Positions 27,649-40,852 of a stretch of 64,000 nucleotides of DNA are shown in pieces. The notes under the pieces are model-generated. The model searched no databases, had not been told where the DNA came from, and saw only the letters and a program-made list of their open reading frames with translations. This stretch comes from Octopus vulgaris (Eukaryota). The stretch covers positions 12,958,001 to 13,022,000 of the forward strand of contig OX597828.1 of the NCBI GenBank assembly GCA_951406725.2. The letters run 5' to 3'. The position numbers and the translations under genes were made by a program. Positions within the stretch are counted from its first letter, which is position 1; each line of letters starts with the position of its first letter.

Positions 27649-30458
27649 ATGTCTGTATATGTTTATGTGTCTGTGTCTGTGCCCCCAACATCGCTTGACA
27701 ACCAATGCTGGTGTGTTTTTCATCTCTGTAACTTAGCGGTTTGGCAAAAGAGACCGATAGAATAAATATTAGGCTTCTAAAGAATACATCCTGGGGTCGA
27801 TTTGCTCAACTACAGGCGGTGCTCCAGCATGGAGGCGGTCAAATGACTGAAACAAGTAAAAGAGTAAATAAAGAGAGAGAGAGAGAGAGTATTTAACTTA
27901 GAAAAAAAATCATGAGACAAGAAAAGTAAGGGAGGCAACTCCGAAATCCAAATAAACAATATTAATGAGTTTGATCTTTGGAAAGTACACTGACCATACC
28001 AGGCTTGTTTCAGCGTTATTAAGTCTCCTCAGCAAAGTATAGTTGACTTGGGTGGGAGAATAAAGATCTTACGCGAAAAACATTCCCTGATTGAGTAAAT
28101 TTAAAGAACGACTAGGAAGAAATTTCCTTGGGATACCTTCTGCATGAAGAGCACACAGTTTTGTGGAAAGTGATGTAACCTTAATAAAAATTACAGGGCC
28201 AAAAATTCTTCATCTTTAATGATAATTTTTGCAAAGACAGGCAACGAGAACAATTCTGAAATCCAAATTAATTCAAAAACTGGATTGGGACATGCAGTGG
28301 GAAGAAAGGCAACCTCTGAGGAATTGGAACTCAGAAAATAAAGATAGACAAAATGTCAATCAACATTATGTCCGACGAATATATTATAGAGTCAAGGCAG
28401 CAAGCTGGCAGAAATGTTAGCATGACGCGCAAAATGCTGAGTGGCATTTCGTCTGTCTTTACATTCTGAGTTCAAATTCTGCCGAGGTCGACTTTGCCTT
28501 TCATCCTTTCGGGGTCGATAAATTAAGTACCAGTTATGCACTGGGGTCGATGTAATCGACTTAATCCATTTGCCTGTCCTTGTTTGTCCTCTCTGTGTTT
28601 AGCCCCTTGTGGGTAGTAAAGAAATAGGTATTTCATCTGCTGTTACTTTCTGAGTTCAAATTCCACCGAGGTTGGCTTTGCCTTTCATCCTTTCGGGGTC
28701 AATAAATTAAGTACCTATTTCTTTATTACCCACAAGGGGCTAAACACAGAGGGGACAAACAAGGACAGGCAAATGGATTAAGTCGATTACATCGACCCCA
28801 GTGCGTAACTGGTACTTAATTTATTGACCCGAAAGGATGAAAGGCAAAGTCGACCTTGGCGGAAATTGAACTCACAACGTAACGGCAGACGAAATACCGC
28901 TAAGCATTTCGAGAGCGTGCTAACGTTTCTGCCAGCTCACTGCCTTACATTAAGTACCAGTTACGCACTGGGGTCGATGTAATCGACTTAATCCGTTGTC
29001 TCCTCTATGTTTAGCCCCTTGTGGATAATAAAGAAATAAGTATTTTGTCTGTCTTTACATTCTGAGTTCAAATTCTGCCAAGGTTGACTTCGCCTTTCAT
29101 CTTTTCAGGGGGTCAATAAATTAAGTACAACCTGCATACTGGGATCAATCTAATCAACTACCTCATCTCCCCAAAAATTTCAGGCCTTGTGCCTAGAGTA
29201 GAAAAGAATATATTATGGGGTCAGTAGTTTTGGAAGAAGTATCTAAAGAATTAGTTTTTAAACATCAAATGGCTATGGGAGGTGTCCACCAGAGTAGAAT
29301 AGTAACTAAAGGGGTTCATAGATAAAAAAAAAACGGTTGAGAATTACTGCTCTGAATGATCGTTTGATTTAATACAAATAGCAAAATTTGCTCAAATGAA
29401 ACCCGCCATATAATAATAAGAAAATAACACATAGGATAGTGCAGTGCTGGGCTCCCTGGACGTAGAAAAAAGACAGGATGGTCACGGCCAGAATCTCTCT
29501 GATTACAGAATTGCCCGATTAAGTCTGGGTCTGGGGCCAATCAACAACTGTGCAACAGCTCCCTACAACCGATTGAAAAGGAAGCGAGGTTCTATCAGAC
29601 TTAACTCTCTTCAAAAACGAAAACATTGGAAAATAAACTCACAGATATACTATCAGAATATAAGAGCTGATGGCCATGGTAGGAAGGTTTTTGATCGCAG
29701 GTCTTCTCAAACAGAAGACCTGGAGCTTATCAACAATTATAATCGATTCAAACTTTAGTGTAAAAGTAATGTGTAACCCAGAGTTATCTCCCTTACATCA
29801 AGTATTGTCTAAGTTGTTGCACAGCAACCAATATTTTTTTTTTTATTAAATCAGTATAACCGATTTTTCTCTCCTAAAAGATTTTACTGAAAATTTTCAA
29901 ATGAAAGACCAATCGCAAACAATATTTGGACTCAAGAATCACGTTCGGATAGTGCTTTTTACATGCCATCGGGACAGGAGCCAGTCAGGGGGTACTAGTA
30001 CCTGCCACGTTTGGATGGTGGTTTTAACGTGCTGGATGGTAGTTTTAAAGGCGGCAAGCTGGCAGAAACGTTAGCACGTCGGGCGAAATGCGTAGCCGTA
30101 TTTCGTCTGCCGTTACGTTCTGAGTTCAAATTCCGCCGAGGTTGACTTTGCCTCCTCGTCCTTTCGGGATCGATTAAATAAGTACCAGTTATGCACTGGG
30201 ACCGATATAATCGACTTAATCCGTGTGTTTGTCCTCTGTGTTTAGCCCCTTGTGGGTAGTAACGAAATAGGTTTTAACGTACCACTAGCACGGGAGCCAG
30301 TCAGGCAGGCCTGGCATCGATCACATTTGGATGATGCATTTAACGGGCGACCAGAACAGGAGCCAGTCAAGAGGGCACTGACCACAGCTATGATGATGAT
30401 GATGATGATAAATGGATGCAATGAAAGAGACAAGAAATAACAGATATTTTACACTTAC

Positions 30459-30780
30459 ATTGTTTTCTGATGGTCTCTTTTTTGCTTCTTCCGGTGACAA
30501 ATTTTCTTCTAACGATTTCTCATGAGTACAGTGGTTATTTTTATTGCTTGATTCCGTAGTACAGCTTTCATCCTTTGAATCCGGTGTGATGTCCACTCGC
30601 TCACAAACGGTGGACTGACCATTGTCCACAGACAAAGAACCACTACGAGAATTTAACCTGATCGTTTTCCTATCAAAATTTATGCATGAAACTGGTGGCT
30701 TCACTTGTGTCGTTGACTCAGTCGATGGATTATATGAAGACATAAAACGTGGCATAGGTTTCTCTTGGACGTCTGCAGAA
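30459..30780 (-). CDS. C2orf49: Ashwin coding exon 3, intact copy (SADVQEKPMPRF...VKPPVSCINFDRKTIRLN...KKRPSENN)
   Basis: TTGCAG acceptor, GTAAGT donor, 322 nt (phase 2->0), open frame joins exon 2 and exon 4; KPP motif as in Ashwin LKPP. Confidence 0.85.
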
Positions 30781-32237
30781 CTGCAATGGATATAAAAATC
30801 TCTTTAAATTATTTATTTCAAATAAAATATTTCCTGCAAACAAGACTCCTTACCTACATTATGGAACCTATTATGTGCATGTAAACTAGAAAGTCTCCTA
30901 TGGCCACTCAACTTGTTAGAAACAGCAGTCAAATCTCCCTCAAGTTCACTTCACAACAACATGGTTTCAGGTTCAATTCCACTATGCAGTACCTTGGGCA
31001 AGTATCTTCTACTATAGTCACAGGCCAACTAATGCCTTGTGAGTGAATTTGGTGGACAGAAAATGTGTGGAAACCCATTGTGTGTGTGTGTGTGTGTGTG
31101 TGTGTTTATGCATATACATGTGTATATATACATATGTAAAATATGTGTATGCATATGTATATCAGAGACAATATGGTCGATGCCCATGTCGCATAACTAG
31201 CACCCGTGCTAGTGACATGTAGAAAGCACTTTTCAAGCATTGGGCCTCAGAGGCAATGACAAATAACTGAGACCTTATACTGTGCTTAAGACGGTGAGCT
31301 GACAGAAACATTAGCACACCGGGCGAAATGCTTAACAGAATTCTGTCTGAATTTACGTTCTGAGTTCAAATTCTGACATGGTCGACTTTGCCATACATCT
31401 TTTTTGGGGAGTCGATAAATTAAGTATTAGTTGCGTACTAAGGTCAATCTAATCGATTGGCCCCCTTCCCCAAAAATTTCAGGCCTTGTGCCTAAAGTAG
31501 GAAAGATTATACCATGCTTAGAAGACCCATCAAGTCAAGTGAAATTGCAGTCATGGCAGATATTGGTGTCATGCAACTGGCACTCATGTCGGTGGCACGT
31601 AAAAGCACTCATTAAACTCTCAGAGTGGTTGGCATTAGGAAGGACATCTCTCTATATATAAACGGCAAAATGTCTGTCTGTGTGTGTGTCCTTTATACAA
31701 ATCCACAGTTTTTCAGTTAAGGGCTCGCACTTTTTATGGTCATTCAAAACCATCCGAGGGTGGTCGTGCACATTTTTACATTTCTCCAGTCACTCCGCAA
31801 AGCCATTAAAAAATCAATAGAAGTGACTTTTTTGTGAATTTTCTATCCAAAACCCAATCAAAATGCCCGAAACTTGATACGCCAATTGAATGCCAGCTAG
31901 CTGTATGTGATTGGTCAGAGATTTGGACAGTACTCGCGTGTATGTGCACACGCACACAGCTGTATATGCATGCACTAGCACTATGACCCGGCGTTGCCAG
32001 GTCATAGTGCTAGTCCAACTAATAGAAACCATGCCAAATCAAACTGGAGTCTGGTGTAGCCCCGCAGCTTACCAGCCCTGCTTAAACCGTCTGACCTATG
32101 CCATCATGGACATCCATGACAACATGGATGCAAAATCTAAATGAGGAAGATGATGATTTATGTGTGTGTGTGATCATCATTTAACGCCTGCTTTCCATAC
32201 TGGCATGGGTTGGATGGTTTGACTGAGGACTAGCAAG

Positions 32238-32307
32238 CCAGGAGGCTGCACCAGGAGGCTGCACCAGGAGGCTGCACCAGGAGGCTGCACCAGGAGGCTG
32301 CACCAGG
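32238..32307. repeat. 13-bp tandem repeat (ccaggaggctgca) x5 within a LINE tail
   Basis: Units start at 32238, 32251, 32264, 32277, 32290; the paralogous position (23364-23387) runs into the N gap. Confidence 0.95.
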
Positions 32308-33988
32308 CTCCAATCTGACCTGGCAAGGTATCTACAGCTGGATGCCCTTCTTAACGCCAACCACTCCAAGAATGTGGTGGGTGCTTTTTACATGCCACCT
32401 CCACAGGGACCAGTCAGGCAGCACTGGCATAGACTATGCTCAAATGGTGCTTTTTATGTGCTACCAGGACGGGAGCCAGTCAAGTGGCACTAACATCAGG
32501 CACACTCAAATGGTGCTTTTTATATGCCACCAGCACCAGGTTCCAATCTGATTTGGCAAGGTTTCTATGGTTGGATGCCCTTGCTAGAGCCAACCACTCC
32601 AAGAGTGTAGTAGTTGCTTTTTATGTTCCACTGGCACGATTGCCATTGATTTGACACCGATATTGGCCACAACTACAGTCTAACTTGGTCTGACAGGTCA
32701 ACACAAGCACGGTATATTGCCAAGGGTCTTGATTACCTGTGACTGCCTCCATGAAACCCAACACTCAAATAGAAGACACTCACCTAAGGAGCCATGCTGT
32801 GGATTGAACCCAAAATCACATGGCTGGAAAACAAACTGCTTAACCATGCAGCAATGCCAGCAAGTTTTATCTTTTACTTGATTTAGTTATTTGACTATGG
32901 CCATGCTGGGGCACCACCTTAAAAGGTTTAGTCAATCAAATCAACCTTAGTACTTATTTGTTTTTTAAACCATGGTACCTATTCTATCAGTCTCTTTTGC
33001 CAAGCAGTTAAGTTACAGGGATGTAAACAAACCAACAGTTGCCAAGAAAAGGTGGAGGACAAACACATACACAAAGATATATACACACCATACACACACA
33101 CATGAAACTGGTTATATGTAATTGAAGAGAGGTTAAGAATTCATACAAATCCAAGATTATTGTTAAAAAGTAAAGCTGGAAACAGTACGAAAGTGTGTTT
33201 ACAGATTTTTTTATATTTTTTACATTGAGTGAGCTTTTATCAAGTGTGTGTGTGTGTGCAAGTCTGTGTTTGTGTTTGTCTATCCATACGGCTTTAAAAC
33301 CAGTGTTAGCTTGTTTACATCTCAGTAACAAAGGAACTTGACAAAATGCTTTGTAGCTTTTCTTCAGGGCAGTCATGGCTGGAACACCTTTAGCCAGTCT
33401 ACTTGACAAAAGCTCAGTGGTTCTCAACTATTTTTTAACCTATGGACCCCTTTGATTACTATTTTGCTCAAGTAGACCCCTATAGTTATTTGATGTTTGG
33501 ATAAAGAACCCCTTCAGTCATCAAAGAACATGGGATTGCACCTAGAAAGTTACCCTCCAAGATACAAGTCCAGTTAAGGTTGTTTATGAAAGACCATGCA
33601 GTCACCCATGCATACCAGCCTCCCCTCACCGCACCACTGATGTTATCCAAGGGAAAGCCTTGGCACCAGTGACGTCGCAACTCATTTCTACAGCTGAGTG
33701 GATTGGAGCAACGTGAAATAAAGTGTCTTGCTCAAGAACACAACACACAGCCTGGTCCAGGAATCAAACTCACTACCTCATGATTGTGAGCTCAACGCTC
33801 TAACCACTGAGCCATGCACCTTCGCATATTTGATGTTTAAAAACCAGTTTTAGTGATAGTTCTTTCAAAATTCAAAATTCCTATTTTGTTTATCATGCAC
33901 TCACTTGTGCAGGCTGAACTATATGAAACATAAATTTATACTCAGACTAAGCCCTAACAGCTGAATGCTGGAGTCACTACTTATATAC

Positions 33989-34042
<54 letters not shown>

Positions 34043-34102
34043 CCATGATAGATCGTTAGCCACTACACACATTATTTTCTCTCCTTGTTTTTTTTTGTGT
34101 CC

Positions 34103-34138
34103 CTTTCTGTAGAAGAGTGTAGGCTCGAAACGTAAAAG
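34103..34138 (+). ncRNA. Hammerhead-like motif with variant core (CUGUAGA) in a (TA)n-flanked unit (~34040-34238)
   Basis: CUUU-CUGUAGA-A-GAGU(GUAG)GCUC-GAAA-C-GUA^-AAAG; all three helices form, core position 6 is U rather than A. Confidence 0.55.
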
Positions 34139-34233
34139 ACTTTTTCTATTCTAATCCTGAGCATTATACTAAAACATCTGTTTGTTTTGTACACCACCTG
34201 TCTTCGTCTTTTGTTTTTGTTTCTGTAAACTCT

Positions 34234-34273
<40 letters not shown>

Positions 34274-34420
34274 TTGCAAGTGTGTATGTCTTTGTGTTTG
34301 TATCTGCCCCAATATCTGCCAATTGGCAAACGAAACTCACAGAATGAGAACCAAAGTCCCAGAGACTTAAGATTAAACATGCATGATGATTTAAGAATGA
34401 GAATATGAAAAATAACTCAC

Positions 34421-34605
34421 TTTTTAGAAACTTCATTTGCAGTAGATTTCGACCTCTTTGCTAACAGAATCTGTTTGTTGGTCATCAAAACACCTCGGCA
34501 ATTGGAACGGTACTTTCTCTGAGGCAGAGGAAGTAAGCATCTGTTGTAAATGTCTATCAGTTCATCTTTGTCGAGAGTGTCAAGATTTGGTAAATCAATA
34601 CAGTG
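34421..34605 (-). CDS. C2orf49: Ashwin coding exon 2 (HCIDLPNLDTLDKDELIDIYNRCLLPLPQRKYRSNCRGVLMTNKQILLAKRSKSTANEVSK)
   Basis: Pyrimidine tract+CAG acceptor, GTGAGT donor, 185 nt (phase 0->2); contains the Ashwin hallmark KDxLxDxY...PLPQR...RG..M. Confidence 0.92.
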
Positions 34606-36687
34606 CTGGGAAGAGATAAATAGAAATTTTAAAAATCATAACTCAAGTTATTTTGGTGACATCAGTATAGATGTAGTGGGTCACGGGTAACTGGATACTG
34701 TTAGTGTAGGGATGGAATCACTAGTAACTGAGTAATGCTAATGTAGAGTAGGAGAATAAAATAACTGGTTGGCATTACAGTAGGGGTACTGTTAGTGTAG
34801 ATCCAAGTTAACACCAAAAAAAAACAAACCTTTAGACCTAACCCTTTAGTATTCGGATTTTTCTATCAAATGTAATGCTTAATTATTCACATTGCTATGA
34901 ATTAATCATGCATCATCTTGTAGCTTTGAGATTTTGATGATGTGATCATTTTTTTTTTAAAAAGACATTGTAGGGTAGGTGTGAGAGGCCAGATCTGACC
35001 AGTTTTAACATGAAACAGGTAGAATAGTTTGGCCAGGTATGGCCGGTTTGAATGTTAAAGGGTTGAACTTAAAACTTAAGCCTTTAGCATTTAAACTGAC
35101 CGTATCCGGCCCAAATAGTCTTCCTGTTTTATATTCAAACTGGCCATGTTCAGCATCTCACACCTACCCTGCAATGTCATTCTAAAAATAAACAATCACA
35201 TCTTTGAAATCTCTAAACTACAAGATAATACGCGATTAATTTTTTTTAAATGTGAATAAGTTTTATATATTTGACAGAGTTATCTGAATCTTAAAGGGTT
35301 ACGGGTTTGTAGTCCAGCAGCATACTCACTTAGCCAATTCTCAAGAATCCTATAAACATGAGCTCTGCAGACTGTCTTCCTCTAGAAATGATATATAAAC
35401 ACAATGCTTGTGCCCTATGAGACCCACAACAATCAACATCAGTGTAAAAATCACACAATAAATAATCCATATGAGATAATTGGATCTATTGGAAGATTTT
35501 CAAAGTTAGCATATCTTGCGAACATTGTAAATTAATCATCTGCAAAAACATCACATTTGATGAACTAGTTTTGCCAGCCAACTGTTTCTAAATTAAGTAA
35601 GAAACAGTAATTCCACTGGTATGGTCATGTGAATTATGTGAATAATTCAAGGCTGCAATGCAAGAATGGTCACTTGTCTTTGGTGTGTTAAAATAGACCA
35701 GACTGAAAATTATCAAAAATGATGTGTATAGTCTAGATTAAGTATAGCCTTTGGGGAAGCAGTGTTATTGTAGGGCCAATGGCTTGGATACCTACCAAAC
35801 ACCTGTAAAAAAAACTGCTCCTTCCAATACTACCAAAACCCCAAATATCTTCTCTCTTCTGTTCAACATATTTCCATATAGAAGGGCCAAAAAATATAAA
35901 CACTTTCCAAAACAATCAAGTTGCCTGGATTATCAATGCCACCATTTTTTGTATTGTGAGAAAGTATACACTTACAAAAGGGAACCAGCTTACATTTTGA
36001 ACCAAATCTTGCAGGTCAGTCTGAGTATTCCCTGGTAAAAGCATCTAACCAAACAAAGACTATATAGCAGTCTTCTTGCAATCACTGCTGCCATTAGAGA
36101 TTCATGTATTTTACAGGATATTGCAGAAGACCTTAGCAAGAACTAAATAGTGATAGACTCTACAGACAGATACCCTAACTAATCATTTGTCCACCAAAAA
36201 AAATTCTTTACCTACAGCTCTGAACAGACAGATGTTGACAGATCACAGTACGTTGTATGAACAAGTCAGGCACACCCAAGCCAGATGGTGGCTTAAAGAG
36301 AACAAAATGAGATTCTTTATCAACCGTTTAGCATTCAGAGTTCTTCATCAGATGTAATATTCATTTATTTATAGTGATTCAAATTAATCACACATTATCT
36401 CATAGCTTTGAAAATTTGATGATGTGTTTTCAGAATTACATTGTATGGTAGGTACAAGAGGTTAGATCTAGCTGGTTTGAACATAAAATGTGTAGAAAAT
36501 TTTGGTCGGATCTGGCCAGTTTAAATGCTAAAGGGTTAAGGGTACTGAAAAATTAATAGATTTCCAGACAACATGCCTTGTGGTATTGCGTGTCCCTGCA
36601 CATTCTAAGCACAAATCCTATTTCAATTGATTGAGCCTTTCATCCATCTTAGGTCAATAAATATCGGGATTGGTCTAATCACTAGAC

Positions 36688-36945
36688 CAGTGCTCCAGAA
36701 CTGATAAGCTGTGGCATACTGGTGTGATGCTAGATGTGGTGCAGTGTAACCTCAATATAATTTTTTCCCCTGTAGGCACAGGAGTGGCTGTGTGGTAAGA
36801 AGCTTACTTCCCAACCACATGATTCCAATAATTCAGTTCTACTGCATGACACCTTGGATAAGTGTCTTTAACTATAGCCTCGGGCCAACCAAAGCCTTGA
36901 GAGAGGATTTGGTAGATGGAAACTGAAAGAAGCCCATCATGTGTG

Positions 36946-36985
<40 letters not shown>

Positions 36986-37561
36986 TATGTATATATATAT
37001 TTGTATGTATCTTTGTCTGCGTTTGTCACCCCACCCACATCACTATTTGACAACCAGTGTTGGTGTGTTTACGTCCCTGTAACTTAGCAGTTCAGCAAGA
37101 GTGATAGAATAAGTACCAGGCGGTGAGCTGGCAGAAAAGTTAGCATGCCGGGCGCAATACTTAGTATTATTTTGTCTGCCATTACGTTCTGAGTTCAAAT
37201 TCCACCAAGGTCGACTTTGCCTTTCATCCTTTCAGGGTTGATAAATTAAGTACCAGTTATGCACTGGGGTCGATGTAATCGACTTAATCCATTTGTCTGT
37301 CTTTGTTTGTCCCCTCTATGTTTAGCCCTTTGTGGGCAATAAAGAAATAAGAATAAGTACCAGGCTTAAGAAATAAGTACTGGAGATCGATTCACTTGAC
37401 TAAAACTTCAAGGCAGTGCTCAAACATGGTCGCAGTCTAATGACTGAAACAAATAAAAGATAAAAAATACTTTTAGTTGTATTTTTAATCCAGGTGTGCT
37501 GCTGAATTTTGAAAAAAATATAAGTGTACCACCACAAGTGAAAAACGGTTGTAGACCACTG
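36688..37561. mobile_element. hAT-type MITE with two nested SINEs
   Basis: Termini CAGTGCTCCAGAAC / GTTGTAGACCACTG; 8-bp TSD cactagac vs cactaaac (7/8). Confidence 0.7.
37119..37349 (+). mobile_element. SINE family 2 (gcctttcatcctttcggggtcgataaattaagtacc core); other copies ~5655-5885, 19513-20330, 21168-21390, 40980-41430, 46940-47145, 47690-48385, 52330-52470, 56010-56660
   Basis: tRNA-like head with GAGTTCAAATT B box, AAAGAAATA tail; here flanked by TSD agaataagtacca (37106-37118 / 37350-37362). Core resembles Meta-SINE domain (from memory). Confidence 0.88.
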
Positions 37562-40500
37562 CACTAAACTCTTCATAGGAAATGTATGACTTTGTGACAG
37601 TGTTAGAAATTAAAACAGAGAATAAGCAAGAGTCTTAAGCTCTTACTGAGCTGAACTTTTGATGAGGTTTTGGTTCCCAGCTGGGTGGATAGTTACACTT
37701 ACATCCTTAATAATCACTGGAAAAACATAACTGCCACAACTTCACATTCCTCTCTCATCATAGTAACCAATGAAAGTAAAGCTTAGTGGTTATGGTATTT
37801 GCAAATCCCAACTGCAAACAAAAAATACCTCCAAAAGTTATGAACATCACAACTTCTCATTTCTCACTAGTATTTCACTTTTCCTATAACTGTGAGGCTT
37901 CGTAAAAATGATATCTTCTCATTAAGGTAAACAAAACTTGATTATCAGCAGCTATCAAAACTTGGCTCAACTGTACAATACTGGACAAAGTAATTCTACC
38001 TAATTTTGACACAAAGCCAGAAATATTGAGGGGAGGGGCCAAGATGATGACATCAACCCAGTTTTTGGCTTTTTTATTTTATCAATCCTGAAATGATGGA
38101 AAGCAAAGCTGACTTCAGCAGACTTTGAACTCAGAATGTAAAGAGCAGAAGAAAAACTACAAAGCATTTTGCTGGATATATAATGACTCTGCCAGCTTGT
38201 CGTTTTATGCTGGACAAAATAATCTAAGTAATGCATATTCAATGATTCGTCCATACCATTCCTGGAGCTGTACAATTTGAAAATGAAGTTTAAGGAAATA
38301 ATTCTAGGAGTATCCACCGGTAGGATGTGAATAGAACAATGTAATAGCTAAGTGAATAACACTTGCTGGTGAACAGAAGAAACTGTGAACTGTGTCAAGA
38401 AGATATGTCATACTGTGGATACCTTTGAGTAATCTAAATGACATGAAGAAGAGAAATTTTCACAAGCATATGAGGATAAAGTCTGTATGTGAATGAACTG
38501 TATTGTCAAAATCTAAGCTGGCCTCCTTTATAAAGCAACTTCTCACTGTCATCATCATTATCTAATGTCCATTTTCTATCTTTACATTGGTCAGACAGAA
38601 TTAGTTAAGGCATTTTTTTTTCCTACAGACCAATTCCTCTTCCTGTTGCCAACTTTCACCTGTTTCTGACAGAATAAAATTTTCTTATAGCTAGACATAT
38701 TTTTCACGGAAGAGTGAAAATGAAAAAAACCCGCTTATATAAAGGTGATACTCATTTACAAATGCACTATTGCATGATTCAATCCAGTAAGTTTTTGGTA
38801 TAGGCAAATCCTGCATGTAATTCTCAAAAGAATCTAGTGAAGACACTACCACATCAGATCAAATAATTACTACCCTCGTTTAATATTTATTTCTTTGACA
38901 GGAAATGATTGCACCTCATTTATTACATAAAACAAAAACTTTTTAATATAAATCCTTAAAAATGTTTCAGCCCAAAGGCTGCAGCCATGCTGGGGCACCA
39001 CCGTTGAATTGAATTGTTATTTTCGTTTTTGTTTTGTCTTTCTTGTGCTATGAAGGATTACCTTCTTTTATTCTTTTGTTTCAGTAATTTTGATTGCGGT
39101 CATGCTGGAGCACCGTTTTATAGAGTTTTTTTTTTTAGACGAAGAAATTGACCCCAGGACTTATTCTTTGTAAGCTAAGTATTTATCCTATCAGTCTCTT
39201 TTGCCAAACCGCTAAGTTACAGGAACATAAACACAGCGGCACCGGTTGTCAAGTGATGGTGGGAGGACAAACACACACACACACATATATATATATACGA
39301 CGGGCTTCTTTCAGTTTCCATCTACTAAATCTTTGGCTATAGTAGAAGACATTTGTCCAAGGTTCCAAGCAGTGGGAGTGAACCTGGAAGCATGTGGTTG
39401 CGACGCAAGTTTCTTACCACACAGCCACGCCTGCGCCTAAGTATGTGAACATCGCCATTTCGCGTGTATAAACATGTTTTGTTTGCATTTGAAAAATATG
39501 TATTTCGCTTGTAGTTTCAAGAGACCGTTTGAACAAGCGCCAAACTTTAAAAATAAGTACTGGGTTCGCTTTGTTTGAATAAACCGTTCAAGGCAGTGCC
39601 CCAGCACGGCCGCAGTTCTATGAATAAACCAAGTAAAAGATAATTACATTTTAACCGTTAAAAACTGAAACAACATTTTAAATTTTCATTATTGCATATA
39701 GATAAATCACTTTCGTTATCGTGTTCAACTATTCTGTAGTACAGACTAAAACCGTTCATTTAGAATCTAATACAAGTTATAAAATAAAGGCGATCTTTCG
39801 TTTTTAAATACATTATTCTCTTATGTTTCAGCCATGAGGCTGCGGCCATGCTAAAGCACCGCCAGTGATAATACACGAACTAAAGAGGGGACTTCTCTAC
39901 CAAGAGGAGAAAACACCTGATGTAAAAGCTCCCGCGAAATTTCGCCCGCATTCAAACTTGAAACTGTTTGATGACTTTTAAAGTCCATTTTAAAAAGTGA
40001 TGGGCCTGCAAATTGAAGCAGTAATTTAATATAAGCTATACACTCATGAATTTGTAAAATTAAAAATTCGTTTAGATGTTCTTTACATCCTTACATTTCC
40101 CCCTTTGTTTTTTACTTACCTTTGCTCTATTAAAAATAGCAACCAAATATCCCTAAAATAATATCTTCCTATCATTTTTATTCAAACAACGAAAAACGTG
40201 GCATTTGATACAGAGAATGATAAAAAAAAAACTGATGCGGTCACGGTTGGGTTGCTTTTAAGTTTGCTTCATAAAAATCTGACATAGGCTAAATCAAATA
40301 AATCTATAGAAAAGCCAAACAGGTTTAGATACCTTTATATTGTTTACAATATAATCTATAATTCACAGAATCATAGCAGTTCGTGATGAAGGGTTAAAAT
40401 GGAAATAAAAACACAAGAAATGTCTAACCGTGTTAGGAATCATTAATTAATGTGGAACGACTCAAGCCGTGTCAGTACAACAGATTAACTAATTAACAGG

Positions 40501-40712
40501 AAAGGGCAAAAATGACAATGATTGTTATTTAAGTTTATAATTGACTCATTTAATTAAACGGTCGTGTTGGATTGAGTCGAGATAGAAAAAGAAAAGAAAA
40601 CGATGCGGTGTCTCTACACTGACGACAATGCAATGAATTACATTAGAATTACATTTGCATTAACTCATTTGAATAGGACTAAATATGCCTTTGTTCACTG
40701 ACTGTAACTCAC

Positions 40713-40802
40713 CGATTTTATAACCTTTAAAAGTCTTTCCTTAGTAAATAAATTTGGATAATTCCAGTCAATTTCTGAAGATTGCATCTTGTCCGCTGCC
40801 AT
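40713..40802 (-). CDS. C2orf49: Ashwin (C2orf49) orthologue, coding exon 1 (MAADKMQSSEIDWNYPNLFTKERLLKVIKS)
   Basis: ATG at 40802-40800 in aagATGG context; 90 nt, phase-0 donor GTGAGT; YPNLFTKERLLKVI resembles the recalled human Ashwin HPELLSQEFLLLTL segment. Confidence 0.88.
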
Positions 40803-40852
40803 CTTTGAAAAAGAAGTACAGCAGTAAATAAATAAGTTGTTGGTGATTGGTT
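40795..40852 (-). promoter_or_regulatory. Probable Ashwin proximal promoter/initiation region
   Basis: CCAAT on minus strand at ~40846-40850 and AAGATGGCAGC (YY1-like AAGATGGCGGC) overlapping the start codon; short motifs, TSS unknown. Confidence 0.35.

Larger units (their letters stand above)
14620..32265. repeat. ~8.9-kb near-identical tandem duplication (about 14620-23387 and 23488-32265) flanking an N gap
   Basis: Matching landmarks offset by 8866-8881 nt (e.g. ORFs 14907/23773, 16301/25182, 22556/31431); differences are mostly small indels. Confidence 0.95.

Noticed and set aside
35340-36310. Repeat-poor stretch in Ashwin intron 1 with short ORFs
   Set aside because: No sustained frame or motif; Ashwin exons 1 and 2 already join in phase. 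Possibly an old TE remnant, unsupported.
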